DNA of 64,000 nucleotides, taken from contig JBNJNM010000008.1 in NCBI GenBank assembly GCA_052426225.1, forward strand, positions 186,001-250,000, in the 5' to 3' direction. The translations under genes were made by a program, and so were the position numbers. This DNA comes from Zancudomyces culisetae HAW-14-8. Lineage: Eukaryota; Fungi; Kickxellomycota. How positions within the stretch are numbered: the stretch's first letter is position 1; each line of letters begins with the position of its first letter. Positions 1 through 11,700 of the stretch are shown piece after piece. The notes under the pieces are model-generated. The model saw only the letters and a program-made list of their open reading frames with translations, had not been told where the DNA came from and searched no databases.

Positions 1-1671
1 TACAACTCAGTTGAGAATGGTGAGGCCGTAGTTGGAACCGCATTGAAGGCATTTGGAAGAGTAGATATACTCATAAATAATGCAGGTATCTTGAGAGACA
101 AGTCGTTCATAAACATGACACACAAGCAATGGGAGGATGTATACAAGGTGCATCTGTATGGCTCATACAAGATGACCAAGGCTGTGTGGCCACTATTTAT
201 TCAGCAAAAGAGCGGAGCAGTTATCAACACAAGTTCATCAGTAGGAATTTACGGAAACTTTGGACAGGCCAACTATAGTTCTTGCAAGGCTGCAATGATA
301 GGATTTACATTCTCGCTGGCACTTGAGGGAGCTAAGCACAACATCAGAGTCAACTGTATTGCACCAAATGCAGGTACAGCAATGACAGCCACAATCATGC
401 CACCAGAAATAGTAGAGATGCTTAAGCCAGAATATGTCGCACCATTTGTTGGATACCTTGTACACAACTCTAACAAGGACTCAGGAAAGCTGTTCCAAGT
501 TGGATCATGCTGGATGGGACAAGTACGTCGCCAGTGCACAGGTGGACATATGTTTACACCAGACGATACCTTTACACCAGAGGCTGTAAGAGATATGTGG
601 CCAACCATCACCAACTTTGATGACGGTCGTGCACACTTTGTGGGTAGCGTTCCTGCACGTACAAAGGAGATTCTCACTACAATACTAAAGAAGAAGTTCG
701 GACCTAACTTTAAACTACCAGCGCAAAATGTGAAAGCGCCTAAGCAAGTATCAGTCGATGTAGAAGCTGCACGTGCAGATGTCGGAGAGACAAAAGAGTT
801 CAAATACACTGAACGCGATGTCATGCTATATGCCGTCGGTATTGGTGCTTCTCGTCACGATTTGAACATTGTGTATGAAAACTCCCCCGATTTCCAAGTC
901 TTTCCTACATACCCAGTGATTCCTGGGTTCTTCGTCAAATCAACTTTCCAGAAATACTTGCCCAAGTTTCACCCAATGATGTTGCTTCATGGTGAGCAAT
1001 TTGTTCAAATCCACAAGCCACTTCCAACATCCGGAACGCTTTTATGCACACCTGAACTGGTTGATATTGCTGATAAGGGCAGTGGTGCAGCAGTTGTAAG
1101 CCGTCTTGTTATGAAAGATACAAGCGGCAATTTGATTGCAGAGGCTGAATCTACAGCATTTATCAGAGGTATTGGAGGATTTAGCAAGGCACCAGGATTC
1201 AAGAAACCATCACCACCAAAGAGAAACCCAGTTGCAACAGCAGTAGTAGCTGCACCAAAGAGAACACCAGATGCAGTTGTAGCACAGCAAATTGGGCCAA
1301 ACCAAGCTGCAATTTACAGGTTGTCTGGTGATTATAACCCGCTACACATTGATCCAGAAATGGCAGCCATGGGTAAGTTTGACCAACCAATTCTGCACGG
1401 ACTGTGTAGTATGGGTCATGCAGCAAGACATGTAGTGAACACTATGGCACAGAAGGATGGTAGAAAGCTGAAGGCAATTAAGGTGAGATTCTCATCACCA
1501 GTATTCCCGGGAGAAACCATTGAAACAAGCATGTGGATTGATTCAGCCAATCCAAAGGTGGTATTGTTTAATGCTAGAGTGATTGAAAGAAACGTGCAAG
1601 TGATTGCTAATGGAATTGCAGAGTTTTCAGAGCCAGCCAAGGTTTCAGCATCACAAAACTCTAAGCTTTAA
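1..1671 (+). CDS. FOX2: Peroxisomal multifunctional beta-oxidation enzyme type 2 (hydratase-dehydrogenase); 5' part lies outside the window
   Basis: Frame is open from base 1 (YNSVENGEAVVGTALKAFGRVDILINNAGILRD). It has SDR motifs NNAG and YxxxK (NYSSCK), the hydratase-2 motif YRLSGDYNPLHIDP with ILHGLC, and a C-terminal PTS1 SKL. Confidence 0.96.
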   Translation, partial: YNSVENGEAVVGTALKAFGRVDILINNAGILRDKSFINMTHKQWEDVYKVHLYGSYKMTKAVWPLFIQQKSGAVINTSSSVGIYGNFGQANYSSCKAAMIGFTFSLALEGAKHNIRVNCIAPNAGTAMTATIMPPEIVEMLKPEYVAPFVGYLVHNSNKDSGKLFQVGSCWMGQVRRQCTGGHMFTPDDTFTPEAVRDMWPTITNFDDGRAHFVGSVPARTKEILTTILKKKFGPNFKLPAQNVKAPKQVSVDVEAARADVGETKEFKYTERDVMLYAVGIGASRHDLNIVYENSPDFQVFPTYPVIPGFFVKSTFQKYLPKFHPMMLLHGEQFVQIHKPLPTSGTLLCTPELVDIADKGSGAAVVSRLVMKDTSGNLIAEAESTAFIRGIGGFSKAPGFKKPSPPKRNPVATAVVAAPKRTPDAVVAQQIGPNQAAIYRLSGDYNPLHIDPEMAAMGKFDQPILHGLCSMGHAARHVVNTMAQKDGRKLKAIKVRFSSPVFPGETIETSMWIDSANPKVVLFNARVIERNVQVIANGIAEFSEPAKVSASQNSKL

Positions 1672-2795
1672 GTGTGTACTTGGGAATAGTCTGAGGTCTA
1701 GTAATGTGTGTTTTATGTAGTTGGATAAGAATGTCAGGGAGGACTGAAGAAATGGAGAGCATGGTAGGGGTCAATGGATGGAAAAATGTAATGTAATATC
1801 GATATTTACCACGATGTTCCTGTTTTATTTTATTACATTTTTCAACACATGTTTTTCCTTAGCATTACCATTACTATTATTACTACCGTTATTAGTGTTG
1901 TTACAGTTTCTATTACTGTTAGCATTGCTATTAGTATAGGTGATTCTGTTATTATTTTTATTATCACATTTACCGCTACTTCTGTCACCAACACCTATTA
2001 AATTTTCTGCGTTCAAAAGATTAAAATATAGTCATATTATTGTACAACAAGGGGAGATATATTTTAAATCTCGACTGGAATTATCAGTGCAGAATTTTAG
2101 TATTTTTATCAACAAACATATACACCTCTTCAGCAGGAAAACTGAACAATGCATCGATGGGCAATTCATATGTACTTTCGGATATTAGCCCCCTTCTTTC
2201 AAAAATGTTTGTTAGTACCCATATTTAATCGGAGGTATGATAGTTATAATGCATTAGCCAAAGACGGTTGCAACCCATCTTGTTAGCTCTGAAAGTCTTT
2301 ACATACTAAAATACGAATCCTATTTCCGGTTATGTTCTCGGCTTAGGTCTTGAACACATTATATTTATAAAACATTTTGTGCTTTGATTTATTATATCTC
2401 TCTTGTTTCTGTGGATAAATGGAATAAATATTAAATTCTGTCTATATTCTCCTTCGCTTCAGCCATATATGTTTTTCTTGATGACTACACATCATATAAA
2501 TTATAACTCCTTGCCAGGTTGAATATACTAGAAACTCTTTATTTAAAAGCAAATCAGAATTTCTATGCAACTTTTGCCCAAACAATACTCTGATCCAAAG
2601 ATCTCGTTCTGATTATTAATCAATTTTTTTTCCATTAACCTTTCAATTGAGGTTTCTGCCAAATAAGTTGCAGAAATAAAATTTTTTTGCACTTTCAATT
2701 TACAGCCTTTAAAACCTCATCATTTTCTTTCAGCTTTGGCGATATTCTAATTATCAGTTAACAATATTTAAAGTGTATAAAGAGTACAATCCACA

Positions 2796-4335
2796 ATGGA
2801 AGAACGAAAGGTGAGTACGAATAACTATATGTTTACCTGTTTATTTACCTTTTTGGCTCACGTTGATTAATGTGCTTACTCTAAATCTTTATGTATTTAG
2901 GACGAGCACGAAATAGTTGAAAATCCTGTCGAGGAAATAATAAACCAAGACGATATTCTCGGTGAAGAGGTAATAAATGAGCATGGCGAATATATGGATG
3001 AAGATCTCGAACCAGAGGCCGGTGAGGATGCTGAGCACGAAGAAGGAGGTAATTTAAATAAAAAAAGAATAAAAACCCCAAATTGGTCTTCGATTTTCTC
3101 ATTTACGTATCATTTAGTTTGGGTAAAACATTAAAAATGCAACTAAAATTCCAAATTAGAAAATCAGGTTATTTTTGAGGATGACAGTGTTCAAGGTTTT
3201 TTCTTACACAAAGGTAATTTCCAGTTGAAATAGACTTTATTTGCACGGATGTGTCCGCTAAAAGTAGTTTTTTTTAGAGCACCAAGATTAATATGACAAA
3301 TACTCAATAGAACCTGTTTATAGTGTAAGTATAAATCCAAAGTATCCAGATCTAGTGGTCAGTGGTGGAGGAGATGACAAAGGATATTTGTGGAATAAGG
3401 CAACTGGTGATCTTGTCTATCCCATGGAAGGACATACAGACTCTGTGACATCAGTGGGATTTAGCTCAGACGGCACATACATCTCAACAGCTGGTATGGA
3501 CGGCAGATTGTGTGTGTACAAAATAGAGGAAAATTTAGAAGTAAAGCCGCACTGCTTGTTTGACGAAAATGTGGGAAACGAGGTGCAATGGACCCAATGG
3601 CATCAGAGTGGAAATATCATCGCGGCAGGCTACAGCGACTCGACAATATGGCTAATCAATGCAGTACATGGATCTACACTTAATGTGCTGAGTGGTATTC
3701 AGTCTGACACTGATCTAGTCACCAGCACTACATGCGGAAGATTCAGCAATAGTGGGAGAACACTGGTAGCCGGGTATTCAGACGGTGCAGTACGTGTATG
3801 GGGGCCATCTACACAGACAGTGGTGCAAAAGTTCCTACCAAATGACAAAAGAAACCACCAAGACTCAATCACCAGCATCGACATATCTTCGGATGATCAG
3901 CTGATTATGACCGGATCAGAAGATTCAACAGCAAAAATATTCCACGCCAGCCGCGGAACAGTTGTTGCCACATACCAGCAAAACGACGGCGAATCGGTTG
4001 AATGTGTGGGATTGCAACAAAACCTGGCTGCAGCTGGAACGTCCGATGGCCAGCTGTGCGTATATGATATCAATACCAGCCGATTACGTTCGCGGTTCTT
4101 GCATGAAGAAGCGGCAGCAGTAACTAAGCTCAAATGGATTGATAGTCATCTGATTGTGAGTTCATCTGCAGATGGCACTGTGCGGGTGTGGGATGCTAGA
4201 TCCAGCGACAGCAAACATGCTGTCCGAGAGTTCAAAGGGCATGACGACACCGTTTTAGACTTTGACATCTCACCAGATGGTCAGCATGTTGTCAGTGGCG
4301 GAGATGATGGTTGCTGTCTGGTTTTCATGTTGTAA
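2796..4335 (+). CDS. SQT1: WD40 ribosome assembly chaperone SQT1/AAMP-like; exons 2796-2810, 2901-3048, 3160-3213, 3311-4335
   Basis: Three GT-AG introns keep the frame. Acidic N-terminus followed by EDDSVQGFFLHKEPVYSV, SGGGDDKGYLW, GHTDSVTSVGFSSDG and multiple WD repeats ending SGGDDGCCLVF. Confidence 0.88.
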
Positions 4336-5639
4336 ATTTCTTCCAACACTCAGGATATTCGCTGTTTATTACAACTACTTTCGGCTTTCCATTAGACATC
4401 GCTTGTGTTCCATCTGCATCCAGGAGCGGTAGCTCAATGCTCTTCATGTGCAGGAACATTTTCATGTCTGTCTTTGTGCCGCCGTATTTTTGATCTCCTA
4501 AAATTGGGCTGCATAACACTTGACTACAATGCACCCTCAGCTGATGTTTTCTTCCTGTTATTGGCTTTAGCTCCACTAACATCAGCTTTTTTTTCGAACT
4601 TTCGCTATATACTTCTCTAATTATTCTATATTCAGTGACTGCCTCTAGTTTTTTGCTATTTATTCCGTTTCTCCATGTTGTCATTCCCTCGTTATCTCTA
4701 TATATATCTGCGTTTATTCTGCCGAATTTTTTGATCTTGCTTTTATCAGTTATTTCTAAAATCGCATGGTAGACCTTTTTCTTTATACTTTGAGTTTTAA
4801 ATAAATGCGTAAGCGTCACGGCCGCTTGCCTTGTCTTTGCCACCACCAACAATCCTGATGTATCCTAGTTGGTTATTTATTTTTATATTTATTCACTAAC
4901 TCCCAAGTTGCTCACACTACGCACTTTTTCAGATCAGTATTTACACGCAGAAAAATGGTCATATATTTATACAAACAAAGACATCTCCACAGAAACTCAA
5001 CCAAAACTCGCATTACCTTGTCCAGCCTGTGCACAAGGCGGTATCGCTCGCCCATACTTTGCTCTTTTGCTTGCAACATCGAATCGACGGACGTTTTTAC
5101 ATTTGTCCCACCTTTAAAGAGTTTACAAATAATTTGTTTATTTTTCTTTGAATATGTTATATATGTAATCGTAACAGTTTATCTCACCTTGAGTTGCCAA
5201 CCCCCCAGGTTTGTAATACACAATCATTGCTTCATCTTCGTATTCCACTCTCAGATCTTCAATTTCGCTTTCAATTTGCCTTATTTTTTTTTCAGCTTCA
5301 AGAATGGCTATCTCACTGTCTATCTTTATTTCCATATCTTGTATAATTTTGGTTTTGTTTACAAGTTTGCCATCAATCGTTGTTGATGTGTTCTACAGGA
5401 TAAGTATGTATTCCTTTTTCAGTTTGGCGAATTTAGAATAAGGCATATTCAATACTTTTGATTGGACCCAGCCTAGATTTCAGAACAGTTTTTTTTACAG
5501 AATAAGTACTTACTATTTTATCTTGCCTTATTAGCTTTTGGACTAGGCTATTTGGGATGTTCAGCTTCTTCATCAGGAATCTGTCTAATCGCTGCCCCAC
5601 GTCCTGTTTTACCACCTTGATTAATATTCTTTTATCCAT
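4325..5639 (-). CDS. RluA/RluC-family pseudouridine synthase with N-terminal S4-like region (probably organellar); exons 5639-5514, 5392-5188, 5111-5017, 4864-4325
   Basis: Spliced model gives GQRLDRFL (S4-like), KPGGLATQGG, catalytic HRLDKDTSGLL, KKVYHA, TGRKHQLRVH, PILGDQKYG and MFLH. All introns are GT-AG and in phase. Confidence 0.92.
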
Positions 5640-6402
5640 TCTATTTTCCACGCTGCACGAATATGCTCAAATCACTAATATGCTGAGTTTTCTCAAGAAA
5701 AGTTCCAAAACCAACTGTAAATATTTTTCAAATGCCAGGAATCAAGCAAAATATTTTTTTGTGAGGTAGTTTGCAGTCATTATATCAACTTTAAGTATCA
5801 CTGTTTTTGTTAACAAATATCCACTGATTTGATGCTCCATGAAATTTTTTTTTTGTACAATGATCAGAGTTTTGTACACGATTAAATTGATAAACTATAT
5901 TTTCCATCCAATTTACAATCCATTCTTGCAAATCATACCAACTATTATTCGTCCATTACTATATAACCCACTTTCTGGAACAAGGTGTTTTTTTTCAATG
6001 AGGGCTCTCTGTTCAACTTCATTGAACAGGACTTCTTTAATAAAACTAATTTTATTACACATATCACTACTGCTACCATTTATCACATATTCATATGGTA
6101 AAAAAAACCATGTCGCTGCACATATCAACTAGTGTTTTACTTATTGTAAATGCATTAATTGTCGTTACTGAGGCTGCCAAAAACTAAGGTATTGAGCAGA
6201 CACGCTAATAATGCTTTTTATTCAATCAATAATCCTTTTGTATCTACTAGCACTTTTTTTGTGTCACTGGTTTTGTTATTAGTTATTAAATAATCATTAG
6301 GAAAAAAATAGAAAACCTAAAAAATGACCATTCAACTAGTTAATCCTTCGTCAATCCCTTTGAAACCCGATATACATCTGGTATTAATTGAAGGGATGTT
6401 GG

Positions 6403-8149
6403 CTATTTTTGGTTCACATTTGTCTTGAACGGTGCGGATAGATTAGATGATAAAACGAGGCTGTAGAAGATGTATTTTGTAAGCAAACTATGAAACGATC
6501 TGTATTCCTTTTCTTCATCCATATGGGTACACCTACTCTCTATAAAACTTTGAAGAAATCCGTTAGCAATATCGTTATAATATACATGCCCACTGTTAAA
6601 CAGATTATTTTCCATTTTTTCTAGACTCATGATGCCAAGTTTTGCCAAATTGTCGAATAAAACGCCAAATTCATCCGTTTCGATTTTGTTGATATTTTTG
6701 GGGAAATGCAAAAGAGCCGCGGCCAGTGTATTATACGAAACATGTGGTTCGAAAACTAGATCAATGTTATCCATTACAAGACAAACATCGTTCAAATATT
6801 TATAGATAGGAAGAATTGCTGCTTTCTTTTGAATAAATGTCTTGATAAAGCTCTCGCATTCTTGATACTTTAGAGATGAGTCTTCACAATGTACAACCTT
6901 TCTCATGCTTTTAAAAAGTATATAGGACCTGATAGCCATTGGAATTGAAAACAAAGGTGTCAGTACGATTCCATGCAGCTCGTGGTACAGTTTAAACAAC
7001 GGTAAAGCATACATGAGGCAAAATTCGGATACCAAAACAATTGAATTTCTAGCCTTGTGTATATCCATATCCGGGCCTATATCAAAGTGGAAATCTAGCA
7101 TCATTTGCGTCAAGGATGTCAGCGAAATCAAAATAAAATCGAGGTTATAACGTAGTGAAAAATCCTTAATGTTCGCAAACGTTCTTTTGTTATTTACAGT
7201 TAAAATTGCGACATCATTTGAACTCTTGATATTTTTAAGACTTTTTATAGTATGTTCAATCAAAACCTGTGCATGCTCAGTCAATACACCCTTTTCAAAT
7301 ACATAGGCTTTATCTGTAAAAATCGGGTACATTTTTCTTAGATACCGCCAATAAAGCATCACATCTGCTGAATTCTCTTTATTGTTTGCTGTTCCGTTAC
7401 CAGGATTGGGCTTATGAGGTGTATGCACAAGAACGTCATCAATGGTTATGAGAGAGAGTTCGTATTTGTTGTTTTCGGTAACTAATTTGGCCTTTATGTA
7501 AGTAACACTGGAGGTAAACAGGGAATAAAAAAATGTTGCTACGACAAGTTTCCTGTAAGCCGTAGCCTCTGCTTCCGACATGTTACTTAGTCTGGTATTT
7601 TTTAAACGTAGGCGGCCGTGAGCACTGTTTTTACTATCAGTTTCATTTATGATCTCAAACTCCACCATGGCCTCAAAGACGGCATCTAGTAAGATCAGGG
7701 GCTGGTTAGTTGTGCGTAAATAAATAATTACATAAATATAAGGTCGCCTCACGAGTTTTTATTAAAATTTTACTATACTTACTTAAATATTTAGTCGCCA
7801 TACTGAAGCTACCCATATTAAGGTATGCATTTGAAATAAAAAAATATGAGTATATCATTTCTTTATATTCAAGTTTTTCAGCTTTTTCAGCTTGATGGAA
7901 ATATTTAATAAAATATAATGCATACACAAGTAGTGAATCATTTTGGAGTAATGTTTCCTCAACTGTACAAACAGCTGCAAAAAACGAATACTTCAGCATA
8001 TAGGATACTTTCCCACCCTCCAACTGCTTTAAAAACTCATTTTCTATTATATAACTCGACACACGTACCTGAGTGTTATGAATACACTCCAATACATCAT
8101 TTTCGGCTTGAACCAAGTCAAAATGATTTTTCTTCACACCCTTTTCCAT
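6403..8149 (-). CDS. Uncharacterised helical protein, loosely like the middle region of fungal transcription factors; exons 8149-7783, 7685-6403
   Basis: Two long ORFs (147 and 449 aa) joined in phase by intron 7782-7686 (GTAAGT...CTAAC...TAG). The family resemblance is an impression only, and the start is uncertain. Confidence 0.6.
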
Positions 8150-11100
8150 CCCCTTCCCCTTCCTCTTTTTTCTTTTAAACTTTTATTATTGTGCTTATAT
8201 TCTTGTAAAAGTAAAGAAAATCTTAAATTTTTTGTTCGATATGCTAACTCGTTTTTATGTTTAATGGTGTTCTGTTGGAGAAGAAAGGTTGGGCTGCACA
8301 CTAAACAATAACTGTGTGTTTTTCATTTTTTCTAAAACAAATAAAAATAAATAAAAGCTACTATCTACACAAATTAGAGCTTAAAACTTCGACCAGTCTG
8401 GAAAAAATGGGGATGCTGTTTGGTTTACGTCTTTTACTTTTTCTACAAATTACTTTGGATAAAATCACTCACAAACTAATCTTTGTATGAAGCTGTAAAT
8501 AACACTGGATTGCGTATTACCCCTTTTGTAGAGAGTTTTAGGGTGATATGCTTTATAAACGTTTTTTCGGGTTTTTGGCCTTCCTAATCTCAAACAAATT
8601 GGGTCACTCCAAAACATATGTTTTTGACCTTAATACACATTTTAGTGCAAGCTGTGGTTCGGGTATTGAGAGTTGATGGTAAATAAAAATAAAATATCCG
8701 TGATAAAATATATGCTAAATCACAAATAACTTGCCTGAATTAACCCTGCGTGTTTGTGTGTTTTTTTTGGATATTTTTTATTACAACTAAATATATTCTG
8801 ACATCGAAACTAAGCTATGTACATTATTTTACATTAGGAAAACCACATACAATAGGCTTTTTTTTAACAGAATATTACTTTGTATAAATAACGGTAATGT
8901 ACGAGTCCTATTAGGGTCTTTAACAAAAAAATACCCATTCTATGCCTTACTGAAGGCGGTGGTAAGTTCTGAAGGCAATTGAACTCGTGTGCTTTTTGTG
9001 TAATTCATGTCAAGTTACCTCGGATATATATTTTTTATAAACCTCTGTTGATTTCCGGCTATATGAATCGCACTACTAATGCTTTTAAGACTGATTTTAT
9101 ATTGGTTTTGACATTTCTCATACCTTCAAGAAAATTCATTTCCAGTTTCTCTCAAAAGGACGAAAAGAGTAAAACAAAAACAAAAACAAAAACCGAGTAT
9201 CACACTGTTCCCTCCCCTTCCAAGCAAGTCACTCCCAAAAAAGGATATATTTACCATATCATATATCTTGTTATAGTACCAATACCTCTCTCTCTCTGCC
9301 AATAGCAGCATCGCATTTTTTTTTGCGTTACCAATGACAATGTAACTTTTAAATATCACTCTTTCAAGACATTGAAAAGGCTCACGAGACACATGAAAAA
9401 AATATATGCCGATTCTTTAATGGTTTGTTTGCGTGATGTGTCTTCTCTACCTAAAATTCTTTGTCTAACAGTAGTGTTGCTTCGACCTTCTTAATGTCAA
9501 ACTATTCGAAGATATTTTAATGGGCGGGATTGGTCTTTTGCTGGAAACTCACAAACAAAGATATTTGTAAACGCGAGACATGGTATCATTATTGACACAT
9601 GGTATTAATGTCGATACGTCTTCTGCAAAGCTGGCTGATATATTGCTTCTCTAAATCGCTATAGCAGACCCACCGCATGATTCTAAAGGCGTAGGGTGTA
9701 GGGCGTAAAACACTGGCATTAAAAGTTATTACTTTTTGTGGCCTGTATTGCATTTTGTGTATCAACGGGTGAGAATATGAATGCTGAATACCTGAGGCAA
9801 GTATGAATGCTGAGCTCCAACATTCTATAAAACTTCTTCCAGACTTCTTCCTACTATTGCTATATAGTTGCTTTTTTAGGGTAGCTTCATCAGCTACATA
9901 TATTGCTTATATGCATAATAACCAATAGATATTAAGTTTGCAGAAATGGAAAAAATTTGAATTGGAATTTGAATATTTTACGTAAAATAATGTGATGTGG
10001 AGGTAAGAAGGGCTGGCAATTCGGATTTTGTCGAAACGCGAATTTCGCTTCTCCCAGGTAATTAAGTCGTATTTAGCTAACCAGTTGGCACGTTATCTTT
10101 TATATATATACTTTTTTCTTGAAGGAAAATGATACTAGCGTCAGTGACCTCATCATCTCAACAATTAAGGCATGTACAGGGAAAGACGATGAGTTTTATG
10201 GTAAAACATAAGTAGTCAGCAAAATTCATAAATAATACACAAGCCTTCAGGTGGTTTTCCATTTGCTTCATAGTCATGTGATACATTCCCACCATTTACC
10301 TTTCAGCAATTTTTTGTAATGCGTCTTTTTTTGTCGATTTCCAAAAAAAATAGAACTGCTTCTATAAATGTTGTGTACAGTTTTACTTTTTTTGAAACAA
10401 ACAATGGCCATGTAATAATCATCAAAATCATCCACCAGAAGAAAAGGGGTATTATATTAAAAGTAAATAGACGAGAGTGGGGAAGATTAAGGAAAATATC
10501 ACAACCAACATTTAAAAAAACGATTACCAAATCGCCCAGATGGAATCTGCTTAAAATCAACCGCATTTCACCTCTTCCATTTATAATGTACTTGGTGTTC
10601 ATTTAAAAGGGGTGATAAGTTCCCAAGCCATCTGTTTCATTTACTTGCAAGAAGAAAATCAAAAAAAAATGCAAGCCAAAAACCAACACAATAGCAGATA
10701 AAACTATATTAGCTAAATGGAAGTTTACTTTCTGCTACTATTGGTAGTTTTCTTTGACAATGGTGATAAATCTGCACTGGTTTATCTCTGAATTTTGGTC
10801 TGTATTATTTGACAATTTCACGATTACATAAATTGAAATAAAGCTATTTGCGAGAAAAAAGAAAAAGCGAGAAAACCCGCCTTTCATAAGTAAAGGCTAA
10901 ACAGAAACGGTTTGTTAAAGCCCAGTAGAGTTAAAGTTTGCTCCTCTAGCTAAGTCGAGTTTATGGTAAGAGTATGAAAAAAAAAATTTTCCATGGAAAA
11001 AATTAATGCGTTACAAACCAAAATCATCAGTTTGAGTTTGAGCCGGTATATTTAGATAAATGTATCGGGGCCCATATGCAAAATGAAGACAAAATTGGTC

Positions 11101-11700
11101 CTCACAATATTATCCATAGTTTTTTTTTTAAAAAAACATCAGTCATAATACAATTGTGATTATAAGCCGATCATCAGGTCCAGGTGTAAAGGCGCTTGAC
11201 TAGGATGAGCGAGATGCATACAAAATGTAATTTATCTATCTTTTATCAAATATAGGACAACTTAAACAAAGCCAAGCATAAAATTTAAAACTATAGCTGT
11301 TTTTTTTTCTCTTGTAGATTGAAAGAGATCGAAAAAATAGCGCATAGAGTTTGTTAAACTCAAATTTTGACTCAAGAACGTACAAAAGGATATGAAAGAA
11401 TAAGCAATTAAAGAAGTAAAATAGCCAAAAGAGCACACCGTCTAGGATAACACACAAAATTATAAAACAGCGATTGGATCAACAATAACAAGAGTTATTA
11501 CCATCACTGGGCTTTAACATTAAAGTGTTTTTGAGTTTGATATATAAAAAAATAGCAGTTTGATCCCCTTCCGGAGAGTTAAAAATTCGGACATCCAAAT
11601 CGAGGGATTTGTGATCAAATCTGCACTTCAAAAGAGGTGACCATATATGTTGCAAGAAGTGGAAAAAAGAACCGATATATAGTAATTGAGCAATAGACAG

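Noticed and set aside
1825-2016. Asn-rich 63-aa ORF
   Set aside because: Product of a degenerate trinucleotide low-complexity tract, with a non-ATG start.
2670-2690. RRPE-like AAAATTTT motifs upstream of ribosome-related genes
   Set aside because: A/T runs occur throughout the intergenic DNA here, so enrichment cannot be shown by eye.
9940-10210. Exon-like pieces with splice signals upstream of the Myb gene
   Set aside because: No start-to-stop model stays in frame. May be UTR or noise.
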